A stretch of 64,000 nucleotides of DNA. It comes from Selaginella moellendorffii (taxonomy: Eukaryota > Plantae > Lycopodiophyta). Made by a program: the position numbers and the translations under genes. Every line of letters begins with the position of its first letter. Position 1 is the first letter of the stretch. This document shows positions 13,419 through 25,633 of the stretch, one piece after another. The stretch spans positions 782,173 through 846,172 of the forward strand of contig NW_003314342.1 of the NCBI RefSeq assembly GCF_000143415.4, given 5' to 3'. The notes beneath the pieces were generated by a model that worked only from the letters and a program-made list of their open reading frames with translations, searched no databases and was not told the origin of the DNA.

Positions 13419-13468
13419 AAGGTTTAACACGGAGTTTAATTCAATGGCATTTTAAACAAAACCACAGC

Positions 13469-14871
13469 TTATATCAAACGCGCGCTTCGCGCAGCTAGAA
13501 AGCCTTCTGTGAACGCCGTGTTCTTGAACATAACCTGGGAGGAACACTACACTGTTAGCAAGATAGAACGGCATGAAAGGAAAGAAAAAGAACGAACAAG
13601 AGATGCTTACCAAGAGATTTTCCAGCTCCGGTTTTACTCTCTTTTCGATCGCCTCCCAAGTCTCCTTGTCCGATTTCTCCAGAGCTTTAGACGCGATTGT
13701 GCTCAAGATTAGCGATGATAGAGCCTCTGTACTCGCAAAGTCTGTTCTCCTGGACTCGTCGCCTGGTTTTAAGAACTCGGGAGAATCAAAAACCAAGAGA
13801 ATTCGAAGAGTTTTGCTCTTACCTCTTACAATCGCAGCAGGCTTTTCTTTTGATTGTGATTCGCTGGACGGTTTTCTCAATTCGCTGCCAGTTCCATCTG
13901 CCGCTGTGAAGTCAGTATTGCGAAAACTATGAACTCAGTGTTACTTGGCATCCCTTCCGTTGATGACTCCTTTTTACTTGGAACATAGACGGAAAGATCT
14001 GCTTGGTCTTTTCCAGCTTGAAGAGCAGCCTAGAACAAGTATGAAGATCATCACTCCGATTCAAACTCAAGCTCACCTCCAGATCAACGTAGATGGGAGT
14101 TTTGCCGATCGATTCTAGGAACTGTTCCAGCGAAGCCCGAGTCACGGCTATAATACAGAAGGACGAGATAGTTCCTGAGATGTAGAGAGAACTTAGGAAA
14201 ACTTACCGATGCTTAGTTCATCAGAGACAGGAAAGATGAGTCGTGATGAGGTCTCGAACTTTTCATCCAGCAGTAGAACTATAGAGCTGCTCAAAACCAA
14301 GTCAGGGGGATTGAAAATCACCATCGCCAAAAAGAGTGTGCAGCCGCTCACACCTTTGCGAGTCAGTGGTGAGAACAAATGGCGAAACAAGCGCTGGAGG
14401 AACTCCCAGTAACTCCACAACATTTTCCTCTGGAGCAAATCGAACTCCGCCCTTCCCAACGCCAAGACGAATGCTCAGTGCTTCAAAAGGAAAGAAAAAA
14501 AAATCACAGTGAGCACGCAAAAAAACGCGAGCATTTTCTCACCTTTGAGGTCCAAGTTTGTCGACTGCTTGCAAGAGATGAGAAACATTCTACTCTTCTT
14601 GTCCTGGAAAATCCCCGCATCAAGGCGACCAAAACTTCATAAAAGAGGACACATACTTTGACAAGGAGATTTTTCGTGCCCGAGTCATTGTTCGCTGCCT
14701 AGAAGCATTACCCAGTCGGAATATTGCCACTATATCACAAATGCCACCATACCTTGTCACCGCTCGCTCGAGAGATCTCCTCCAAAGAAATCCCTCGCCC
14801 CTGACAATCCAACTCAAGCCCAGCACTGCGGTGAAACCATCACATACCTTGAGGAGCTCCAAAAGCGCCAT
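13469..14871 (-). CDS. YbaK/ProX-family prolyl-tRNA editing domain protein (At1g44835-like), multi-exon
   Basis: Spliced reading: MALLELLK|GRGISLEE...|TKNLLVK|DKKSRMFLISCKQSTNLDLK|ALSIRLGVGKGGVRFAPEE...VSPF...|LLLDEKF...|LEQFLESIGKTPIYVDLE|...|VMFKNTAFTEGFLAARSARLI*. GT-AG short introns. Confidence 0.85.
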
Positions 14872-16204
14872 GGACAATAGGGCTTTTGGAAGAATATTCT
14901 CAAGAGTCTTGGAGTAGTTCTTCCTGGATTTCTTGCAAACTTTACTGAGATGCCTGGAAAGGTCAGGTATGTGACAAACTTCAGTTTCTCATGAGAGACC
15001 AGTTGGACGATAGCCAAATTGTTTATAGATAGCTAGGGTTAAATACAAATGAAGAGTTGAAATAGATGTTTACTAAGAGCAGCTTTCTCAGTAAACTAGT
15101 ATGGTCTGCAAACATGCTAAGAAAGTGTTAGATTATCTTGGGATGGATTAGCTTATGCAAAAAATTACTTAGCACTCAACCACATTACATCCTTTACTGA
15201 TTGGTTAAAAAGGTCATGGTCATGAGGCATTTACATATTATAGATATTAACATTCATGTGGAAAAGATAAATTTAGTTTTTGGTGTTTAACATGAATAAA
15301 CATAAGGTATTACATTATCATATATATTAGACATTAGTAAAATTCAATATAAAACTGTTTCCATCTATATATCACTAGTTTGACTTTAAAAAACACAAAA
15401 GATAAAAATTATAAAAAGATAAACATAAATTTATATATAATCAGAAATTTTTAATTTTTTTTCTATTTCTCATTATTGAACTCAATTAAACTTTTGGAAA
15501 GTGATTTTAATAGTAAATAGAAAACAGTGATTTTTGACATATAACTTAAAAATAAACAAACACATGTTTGACATTTAACACTGCTCCAACTTTGGAATCC
15601 AGTCAATATTTATTTTTATAAAATATAATATTTTATTCTCATAACAGGAATAGCATTTTTGGATTGAAATAATAACTTAACATACTATCTACTTTTAAAT
15701 GAAACTTAATATTTAATAAAAATATTTATTTTGAAATTATTATTATTTCTTGGTATGAGAGTTTAATTAGCTTGATATTATAAAACATAAACTAGATTAA
15801 ATGAGTAAAAATAATTTTTCTTTTTTATTTTGTAAAACTTTTATTATCTAATTTTATACTTGATATATTTAGCCAATATAGCAATCTATAATTAAAATAA
15901 AAATTATGTGTAAATTATTTATATCAGAAATATATGTTACAATTTTTAAATTTTGAATTAAGTAAAATATATACCTAAAAGGTAATTTTATACTTTATCT
16001 CGGTAAAAAACGCAATTATTTACCATCAATATTTTTAGGGTTCTTCCGAAGGGGTGCCACGATCAGCTGGCAATTCCAAAGATATTACACACTGGATCCT
16101 TGTCTGGACGCGCTTCCGCGGGTTCTCCTATTCTCGGATTTGTCTGCGCATGAGGCCTAGATAAACTTGCCGAGCTCGCATTCTTTCCAGGTAAACATTC
16201 AAAG

Positions 16205-17430
16205 ATGGTGTTCTTTGCGAGATTTCTAGCTCTAGCATGTCTTGTAGCGATTGCTGTGGCCGATCCAGCGGCACCTCCTCCAGGAAATTAGTATGCATCA
16301 ATGCTTCCTCATTGCTTCTCTCTATGTTTATGTTGATCGTAGGAGTTTTTCTTCTTTCGAATGCTAAACTTTGTTTCTCTGGGTGGATTCCAGCGCGTAC
16401 CTCCGGGTGAGAGGCCGTGGCAAGCAGCTCTACGCTTGCAATGCTGCGTCCAAGGCCTGGGAGTTCGACGTTGCTTGGGCGGATTTGTTCTACCCCTCGG
16501 ACAAAAACTATACGCGGCGAATTGGAGTTCACTATTTCCTCCAGTTTCCAGATGCCAACGGTGGACGACCGTCCTGGTCGCTGTTTAGAAGTCCTGGAGA
16601 TCCAGACTCTGCGACTCCATCGCTCACAGTCACAGGTACCTTGTCGCTTGTTCTATCTTTTGCTGTGCTTTGTGGTTTTTATATGTTTTTTCTTTCGCTG
16701 TTTTCTGCCAGGCAAAGTGCTGGACAAAACTCCATCAGCCGGAAACATCGATGCACTGCTCCTCCAAGTTACTTCTTTCAGTGGACGCACAGGCATTTCT
16801 TATATCCAGCGATATCCAGTGAGTGGAGGAGTGGCTCCTGCGGCCAACCTTTGCACCAAAGCGGGAGACACTCTAGCCGTGGACTACGAGAGCGACTACG
16901 CCTTCTTCTCCCAGCTCAAGAGGCCTGCCGCTTCGGGTCTTTCAAACGCAACAAGCAACAGTACCAAGGTCGTGGCATCCTACTTTGGCGAGGGATTCCA
17001 GCTCTACACTTACGAGAATTCTTCCTGGGTTCTAAAGGGAGCCTCGGCCTCCCTGAGCTCTGTTCCCGGACGAGAGATTGTTGGGAGTCACTATTTCCTT
17101 TATCAAGCTGATGCGAGCGGCGGACAGCCGACTTGGACCATCTACTCTCCGACTTACAGTCGTGTGACTGGCAAAGTGACCGAGAAAGTTTCAAGCGACA
17201 ACTCGAGTGTTCCGGTGCTTCGTCTAGAGAGGACCAGCAGCAGCGGAGAGCCGTAAGTTTTCTATCTGCGAGTTGAGATTCTAAGAGTTTCCACTTTCAG
17301 GGAAGGAATAGCGCGTGCAACGAGGATCGAGCGGTTGTCCCCGCGTGGAGGTCTGCCACCCACCAATCCTGGCAAAAATGGTGAAAGATTCAGATCGCCA
17401 TACACATCAATCTACTGGTTCTATGCGTGA
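16205..17430 (+). CDS. Secreted protein with two tandem DUF3455-like domains, copy 1 (332 aa)
   Basis: Exons 16205-16290, 16394-16635, 16712-17252, 17301-17430 give 999 nt in frame. Signal peptide, then twice the pattern GxQLYx..W..AxL..GxHYF..PxW..VTGKV..R..GG.P..Y...Y.F. Confidence 0.85.
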
Positions 17431-17543
17431 GAGGGCACTTGACAGGTTTCACTGACAGAAGAAATAAGACCTTACTGTGTTGTTCCATTCAATTTTTCTA
17501 ATCCAAACTTGCGTTTCAGTCACAAAGATGGTGCCGTGCCGAG

Positions 17544-18830
17544 CTAGCTCGACGAGAACTTCCTCATGGAAGACGAGCTAGAGAGCACGTACGAAGCAGA
17601 GACCTCGGGCTCCAGTTGGAGCGTCCTCTCGGCGGCAACCGAGGCCTGCCGCTCGCTCCCCTTGCAAACTTTGTTGCTCGAGTCGAGCAGGATCGTCCAA
17701 GGCACGGGACCTGGCTCAAACGGCATGACATCGACGAGCTCCTGCGCTAGCTGAAGCTGCCCCGACCGTCCCAGCAGATCCACCACGCACACAAAGTGAT
17801 CCACGCTCGGCCTCAAACCAAAGTCCTCCTGCATGCTCTGGAAGAGCTCGAGTCCTCTACTCAGCATTCTGGCATGGCTACAGACCGAGAGCACGCTCAC
17901 AAACACGATTTCGTCGGCCGCAGCGCCGCCCTCCAACAGCATGAGCTCGAAAGTCCGGATGGCCGCCTGGGACTCGCCAGCTTGAGCGTAAGAAGACCAT
18001 GGCGTCGTAAGAAGCTACGTCCCTGTGGAGTGGAGGGATTTGCCAGAAGACAGCCTCGGCACTGGGCAGTGATCCACACTTCTTGAACATCTGGACGAGA
18101 GCAGTGTGAAGCTTCTGAGAGTGGAGCCTCGCCTGGATGATCTCCTCGTGGACAAGCTTGGCTTCTCCGAGAGAAGTGACCCCATTGATGAGGCTGACGA
18201 AGGTGACATGGTTGGCTTCCACGCCTCCCAAGTCCATTCCAGCGAGAGCTTGGATGGCCTCGCGGCAGTGGTGGTTCTCTCCAAAGGCCGTGATCAGTGC
18301 AGTCCAGCAAAAAGCGTTGCGGAGGCTCGCTCGGGTTTGATCGAAGACTGTGACGGCGTCCACCAGGCTGCGGCATTTCCCATACATGCTCACCAGCAAG
18401 ACCTGGATGCGTTGGTTGCGGTCGAGGCCTTGATCGATGATCTCAGCGTGGAGCGCTCGTCCGGTTTCAAGCTCGCCAGCATCAGCGCAGGCTCCCAGGG
18501 CTGCGATGAAAGTTATCTCGTTTGGTTTGATCCTCTCGAGCTGCATGGTTTTCAGCAGCTCCAGAGCTCGGCCATTGAGATTAAACACCAAGAGCATCAA
18601 GTTCCAAGTGATGATGTTTCGTCTCTTTGCGGGCATGGAATCAAACACTTGCTTTGCACGAAATGCTTCCCTGTTTTGGGCATATGCAGTGATCATAGCA
18701 GTCCAAGCCATTTCATCCTTGTCATGGATTACATCAAAGATCTTCCTTGCCTTTTTGACAAGACCATTGTGAGAAAACATTTGTAACATTGTAGTTTGGG
18801 CAATTATGTCCTTTTCAGGCATGAGAGCAA
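17544..18830 (-). pseudogene. PLS-class (E-type) PPR pseudogene, 5'-truncated, frameshifted
   Basis: Near-identical to the 3' two-thirds of 44067-46076. 2-bp deletion near 17990. 5' end replaced by a retroelement fragment at about 18832. Confidence 0.88.
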
Positions 18831-18831
18831 A

Positions 18832-19840
18832 CTACTGTTAAATACTTCTTCCTCAATTGAGTTTTATTTCAGCATTCTTATCTAGAGTGGATTTTTTTGG
18901 ATAATGGTCCCGTATTTATAGTTGAGTTTTGATGTCTCGGTTAAGGATATGCTATACTTTCACAAGTGCTTATCATCCACAGTCAAACAGTTTGGTGAAA
19001 TGGCTTGTTCAGACATTCAAAAGAATGATCATAAAGTATGTGAATTTTCAGCATTCAGATTGAGATGGTTATTTACTGTTTTTTCGATATGTATATATCA
19101 CAGGGGTGTAAAGTTTTGTTGATGTTTCACCATATAAATTTTTATATGGTCATGATCCAATATTATCAATGGAGCTGGGTTTACCTTCGCGATTGTCATA
19201 AGTTGCCAATACTAGGTCATGGGATTAGTATTTGACAAACATTCTTCCACTTGTCCAAGTAGAATTTACTAAACATTTAGGCCACATACAAATGGGACAA
19301 CAACGGCATTACCACTCCTATCATTGTCCACCTGCAGAGTATAAAATGGATGACTTGATGTTAATCTGTTTTCCTCATCTTACAGTATGTGGTTTATCTA
19401 AGGGGCTCTTTGCTCAGTGGAAATGACCGTATTAAGTGTTGTAGCAAGTTGGACCGCAAGTATATGAGGTTTGGGGTGACGTCCAACAAACTAATCCTCC
19501 AGAAATTGTGCATGTGTAGCAGTTAAAATGCTTTATACAAAGGGATCAAGAACAATTAATACCACCTATAGATTCCAATGCTTTCTTTTGATGTTCCTCC
19601 AGATCCCCTCCCATTTACAAAAGAACTTTGATAGTTTTCCATTATTTTGAGAGGAGGGGATGATGTGAAGTCCCAAGTGTATGGCTATAATGCCGTATAC
19701 TAATATTAGTGTAGTGGAATTTTAGTAGCCATCGGATTTGTTTCAATCCAGACCACTCGCTCTTATATATAAGCTAGGGTTTTTGAGTTAATTGATATGT
19801 ATATTTTTTGTATTCCCTTTCCATATTCCATGCATTCACA
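18832..19840 (+). mobile_element. Ty3/gypsy 3' fragment: degenerate integrase, PPT, LTR 19664-19840
   Basis: Relics FTSAYHPQSNSLV and SPYKFLYGHDP; PPT GAGAGGAGGGGA; LTR TGTGAAG...TTCACA. Confidence 0.85.
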
Positions 19841-20028
19841 CATCTATAAAAAATACAAAAAATAAAAACTATAAAAAAATAAATATAAATTTATATATAA
19901 TCAAAGATTTCTAATTTTTTTCAATATCTCATTATTGAACTCAATTAACCTTTTGGAAAGTGATTTTGATAGTAAATATATAGCTTAAAAATAAACAAGC
20001 ACATATTTGACATTTAACATTACCCCAA

Positions 20029-20222
20029 TGTAAGCTCCTAAATTTAGACTTCCCGGGAGGTCACCCAGCCCAGTACTATTCAAACCCAAAGACGATTAAC
20101 CCCAACTATCCTAAAACCCTTAACCGATTGGAAAAGGGGGTGCACTCTTGTTCATGGGCCCTTTCTCTCTATATTTGAACCCCATGGATCGTCTCTCAAG
20201 TCGTTCTCTTTGGTTGCTTACA
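20029..20222 (-). mobile_element. Solo LTR of a Cassandra-like TRIM carrying a 5S rRNA-derived segment
   Basis: Termini TGTAAGC...GCTTACA; CCCAA target-site duplication; absent at the paralogous sites (~15585, ~24668, ~42279). Reverse complement of 20047-20101 matches the 5S A-box/IE/C-box region. Confidence 0.85.
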
Positions 20223-20852
20223 CCCAACTTTAGAATCCAGTTAATATTTAGTTTTGTAAAATATAATATTTTATTCTCATAACAAAAATAATATTTTAAG
20301 ATGTATGGATTACAATAATAGCTTAACATTTTATCTACTTTGAAATGAAAATTAAAAACGTATTAATATTTTTAAAACATTTAATTTAAATTTTTTATTA
20401 TTTCTTGGTATGAGAATTTAATTATCTTGATATTATAAAACATAAACTAAATTAAATGAGTGAGAATAATTTTTTTTTGTTTTGTAAATGTTTTATAATC
20501 TAATTTTATACTTGATATATTTAGCCAATTAGCGATCTATAATTAAAATAAAAATTATGTGTAAATGATTTATGTCAGAAATATGCCATTATGATGTTGA
20601 ATTAAGTGAAATATATACTAAAGGGTATAATTATACTTTATCTCGGTAAAAATGCAATTATTTACCTTCAATATTTTTAGGGTTCTTCCGAAGGAGTGCC
20701 ACGATCAGCTGGCAATTCCAACGATATTACACACTGGATCCTTGTCTGGACACGCTTCAACCTCCGCGGGTTCTCCTATTCTCGGATTTGTCTGCGCACG
20801 AGGCCTAGATAAACTTGCCGAGCACGCATTCTTTCCAGGTAAACATTCAAAG

Positions 20853-22070
20853 ATGGTGTTCTTTACGAGATTTCTAGCTCTAGCATGTCTTGTAGCGATT
20901 GCTGTGGCCGATCCAGCGGCACCTCCTCCAGGAAATTAGTATGCATCAATGTTTCCTCATTGCTTCTCTCTATGTTTATGTTGATCGTAGGAGTTTTTCT
21001 TCTTTCGAATGCTAAACTTTGTTTCTCTGGGTGGATTCCAGCGCGTACCTCCGGGTGAGAGGCCGTGGCAAGCAGCTCTACGCTTGCAATGCTGCGTCCA
21101 AGGCCTGGGAGTTCGACGTTGCTTGGGCGGATTTGTTCCTCACCTCGGACAAAAACATTACGGGGCGAATTGGAGTCCACTATTTCCTCCAGTTTCCAGA
21201 TGCCAACGGTGGACGACCGTCCTGGTCGCTGTTTAGAAATCCTGGAGATCCAGACTCTGCGACTCCATCGCTCACAGTCACAGGTACCTTGTCGCTTGTT
21301 CTATCTTTTGCTGTGCTTTGTGGTTTTTATATGTTTTTTGTTTCGTGCCAGGCAAAGTGCTGGACAAAACTCCATCAGCCGGAAACATCGATGCACTGCT
21401 CCTCCAAGTTACTTCTTTCAGTGGAGCCACAGACAGTTCTTATATCCAGCGATATCCAGTGAGTGGAGGAGTGGCTCCTGCGGCCAACCTTTGCACCAAA
21501 GCGGGAGACACTCTAGCCGTGGACTACGAGAGCGAGTACAGATTCTTCTCCCAGCTCAAGAGGCCTGCCGCTTCGGGCCTTTCAAACGCAACAAGCAACA
21601 GTACCAAGGTCGTGGCATTCTACTTTGGCGAGGGATTCCAGCTCTACACTTACGAGAATTCTTCCTGGGTTCTAAAGGGAGCCTCGGCCTCCCTGAGCTC
21701 TGTTCCCGGAGGAGAGATTGTTGGGAGTCACTATTTCCTTCGTCAAGCTGATGCGAGCGGTGGACAGCCGACTTGGGCCATCCACTCTCCGACTTACAGT
21801 CGTGTGACTGGCAAAGTGACCGAGAAAGTTTCAAACGACAACTCGAGTGTTCCGGTGCTTCGTCTAGAGAGGACCAGCAGCTGCGGAGAGCCGTAAGTTT
21901 TCTATCTGCGAGTTGAGATTCTAAGAGTTTCCACTTTCAGGGAAGGAATAGCGCGTGCAACGAGGATCGAGCGGTTGTCCCCGCGTGGAGGTCTGCCACC
22001 CACCAATCCTGGCAAAAATGGTGAAAGATTCAGATCGCCATACACATCAATCTACTGGTTCTATGCGTGA
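20853..22070 (+). CDS. Secreted tandem DUF3455-like protein, copy 2 (diverged paralog)
   Basis: Same 4-exon structure and splice sites as copy 1, intact frame, about 18 amino-acid differences. Confidence 0.85.
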
Positions 22071-22180
22071 GAGGGCACTTGACAGGTTTCACTGACAGAA
22101 GAAATAAGACCTTACTGTGTTGTTCCATTCGATTTTTCTAATCCAAACTTGCGTTTCACATTCACAAAGATGGTGCCGAG

Positions 22181-23450
22181 CTAGCTCGACGAGAACTTCC
22201 TCATGGAAGACGAGCTAGAGAGCACGTACGAAGCAGAGACCTCGGGCTCCAGTTGGAGCGTCCTCTCGGCGGCAACCGAGGCCTGCCGCTCGCTCCCCTC
22301 GCAAACTTTGTTGCTCGAGTCGAGCAGGATCGTCCAAGGCACGGGACCTGGCTCAAACGGCATGACATCGACGAGCTCCTGCGCTAGCTGAAGCTGCCCC
22401 GACCGTCCCAGCAGATCCACCACGCACACAAAGTGATCCACGCTCGGCCTCAAACCAAAGTCCTCCTGCATGCTCCGGAACAGCTCGAGTCCTCTACTCA
22501 GCATTCCAGCATGGCTACAGACTGAGAGCACGCTCACAAACACGATTTCGTCGGCCGCAGCGCCGCCCTCCAACAGCATGAGCTCGAAAGTCCGGATGGC
22601 CGCCTGGGACTCGCCAGCTTGAGCGTAGGCCGAGACCATGGCGTCGTAAGAAGCTACGTCCCTGTGGAGTGGAGGGATTTGCCAGAAGACAGCCTCGGCA
22701 CTGGGCAATGATCCACACTTCGTGAACATCTGGACGAGAGCAGTGTCAAGCTTCTGAGAGTGGAGCCTCGCCTGGATGATCTCCTCGTGGACAAGCTTGG
22801 CTTCTCCCAGTGAAGTGACCCCATTGACGAGGCCGACGAAGGTGACATGGTTGGCTTCCACGCCTTCCAAGTCCATTCCAGCGAGAGCTTGGATGGCCTC
22901 GCGGCAGTGGTGGTTCTCTCCAAAGGCCGTGATCATCGCAGTCCAGCAAACAGCGTCGCGGAGGCTCGCTCGGGTTTGATCGAAGACTGTGACAGCGTGC
23001 ACCAGGCTGCGGCATTTCCCATACATGCTCACCAGCAAGACCTGGATGCGTTGGTTGCGGTCGAGGCCTTGATCGATGATCTCGGGGAGCGCTCGTCCGG
23101 TTTCGAGCTAGCCAGCATCAGTGCAGGCTCCCAGCGCTGCGATGAAAGTTATCTCGTTTGGTTTGATCCTCTCGAGCTGCATGGTTTTCAGCAGCTCCAG
23201 AGCTCGGCCATTGAGATTAAACACCGAGAGCATCGAGTTCCAAGTGATGATGTTTCGTCTCTTTGCGGGCATGGAATCAAACACTTGCTTTGCACGAAAT
23301 GCTTCCCCGTTTTGGGCATATGCAGTGATCATAGCAGTCCAAGCCATTTCATCATTGTCAAGGATTACATCAAAGATCTTCCTTGCCTTTTCGACAAGAC
23401 TGTTGTGAGAAAACGCTTGTAATTATGTCTTTTTTAGGCATGAGAGCAAA
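22181..23450 (-). pseudogene. PLS-class (E-type) PPR pseudogene, 5'-truncated, premature stop
   Basis: Paralog of 44067-46076. GAG>TAG at 23108-23110. Same 5' truncation point as the 17544 copy. Confidence 0.88.
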
Positions 23451-24465
23451 CTATTGTTAGATACTTTTTCATTAATTGAGTAGTGTTTCAGGATTCTTAT
23501 CCGGAATGGATTCTTTTGGATAATGGTCTTGTATTTATAGTTGAGGCATTTTATGTTTTGATGTTTCGGTTAGGGATACGCCACACTTTCACAAGTGCTT
23601 ATCATCTATAGTTAGACGGTTTAGTAAAATAACTTGTTCGGACATTCAAAAGAATGATCGTGAAGTACGTGAACTTTCAGCATTCGGATTAGAATAGTTA
23701 TTTACCGTATTTTTGGTATGTATATGTCACAGGGGTGTAGAGTTTTGTTGATGCTTCACCATATAAATTTTTATATGGTCATGATCTAATATTATTAATG
23801 AAGTTGGGTTTACCTTCACGATTGTCACGAGTTGCCAATGCTAGGTCATAAGATTAATATTTGACAAACATTCTTCCATTTGTCCAAATAGAGTTTACCA
23901 AACACTTAGGCTGTATACAAGTGGGACAACAACGACACTATAACTTTTATCATTGTCCACATGCGAAGTATAAAGTGGATGACTTAGTGTTAATTTGTTT
24001 TCCCCATCTTATAATATGTGGTTTATCTAAGGGGCTCCTTGCTCAGTGGAAAGGACTGTATCAAGTGTTGTGGCAAGTTGGACCACAAGTATATAAGGTT
24101 TGGGATGATGTCCAACAGACTGATCCTCCTGAAATTATGTATGTGCAGCAGTTAAAACGCTTTATACAAAGGGATCAGGAATAATTGATACCACTTACAG
24201 ATCCACCAATGCCTCCTCCTGACGTTCCTCCAGATCCCCTCCTGTCTACAAAAGAACCTTGATAGTTTTCCATTATTTTGAGAGAAGGGGATTATGTGAG
24301 GTCCAAGTGTACAGCTACAATGCCGTATACTAATATTAGCGTAGTGGGATTTTAGTAGCCATTGGATTGGTTTTAATTTAGACCACCTTATATATAAGCT
24401 AAGGTTTTTGAGTTAATTGATATGCATATTTTCTGTATTCCCTTTCCATATTCCATGCACTCACA
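23450..24465 (+). mobile_element. Ty3/gypsy 3' fragment with LTR 24295-24465 (paralog of 18832-19840)
   Basis: Colinear with 18832-19840; PPT GAGAGAAGGGG; LTR TGTGAGG...CTCACA. Confidence 0.85.
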
Positions 24466-25293
24466 TGTCTATATATCACTAATTTGACTTTAAAAAACAC
24501 AAAAGATAAAAACTATAAAAAAATAAACATAAATTTATATATAATCAGAGATTTCTAATTTTTTTCAATATCTTATTATTGAACTCAATTAACCTTTTGG
24601 AAAGTGATTTTGATAGTAAATATATAACTTAAAAATAAACAAGTACATAATTGACATTTAACACTACTCCAACTTTGGAATCCAGTCAATATTTAGTTTT
24701 GTAAAATATAATATTTTATTCTCATAACAGAAATAACATTTTAAGATGTATGGATTACAATAATAGCTTAACATTTTATCTACTTTGAAATGAAAATTAA
24801 AAACGTATTAATATTTAATAAAAATTGTAATTTGAAATTATTATTATTTTTTGGTATGAGAATTTAATTATCTTGATATTATAAAACATAAACTAAATTA
24901 AATGAGTGAGAATAATTTTTTTTTTTTTTGTAAATGTTTTATAATCTAATTTTATACTTGATATATTTAGCCAATATAGCAATCTATAATTAAAATAAAA
25001 GTTATGTGTAAATTATTTATATCAGAAATATGCCATTATGATGTTGAATTAAGTGAAATATATACTAAAAGGTATAATTATACTTTATCTCAGTTAAAAC
25101 GCAATTATTTACCTTCAATATTTTGAGGGTTCTTCCGAAGGAGTGCCAGCTGGCAATTCCAAAGATATTACACACTAGATCCTTGTCTAGACGCGCTTCA
25201 ATCTTTGTAGATTCTCCTATTCTCGGATTTGTCTGCACATGAGGCCTGGATAAACTTGCCGAGCTCACATTCTTTCCAAGTAAACATTCAAAT

Positions 25294-25353
25294 ATGGTGT
25301 TCTTTGTGAGATTTCTAGCTCTAGCATGTCTTGTAGCGATTGTTGTGGCCGAT
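25294..25353 (+). pseudogene. Truncated DUF3455-like copy (promoter plus signal peptide only)
   Basis: Upstream region 24466-25293 matches the other copies; MVFFVRFLALACLVAIVVAD is followed by an abrupt switch to TRIM sequence. Confidence 0.85.
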
Positions 25354-25633
25354 ACACAATGGAAGGATTGATAAATTGAGTGCAAAAATGGAGGTGTTGG
25401 TTCCCCTTGGCTCAATAAGGGTTGTTAGTCAATAATTAATGAGGACATTGACATCTCTGAAAAGGGGGGTGAGTGTAACATATGTGATCATGGGATGAGA
25501 TTTAGATATATTAACACCGTGGATCCTTGGAACTTTGGGGGATAAATGGGGATAAAATAGCCACTAAGGGCTCTTTCATTAAGCAATTGCCCTTTTTGCA
25601 ATTGGCTTAAGGGGAGAAAGATAAGGTGTGTTA
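25354..25633 (+). mobile_element. TRIM 3' half (internal segment, PPT, LTR 25474-25633)
   Basis: Reverse complement of the TRIM unit at 40700-40930; PPT GAAAAGGGGGGTGAG precedes TGTAACA. Confidence 0.75.

Noticed and set aside
16371-17111. ORF-track proteins over the DUF3455-like loci
   Set aside because: They read through introns; the spliced 4-exon model explains them.
20047-20101. 5S rRNA gene
   Set aside because: Only a ~55-nt internal portion, embedded in an LTR with TSD; no full 120-nt gene.
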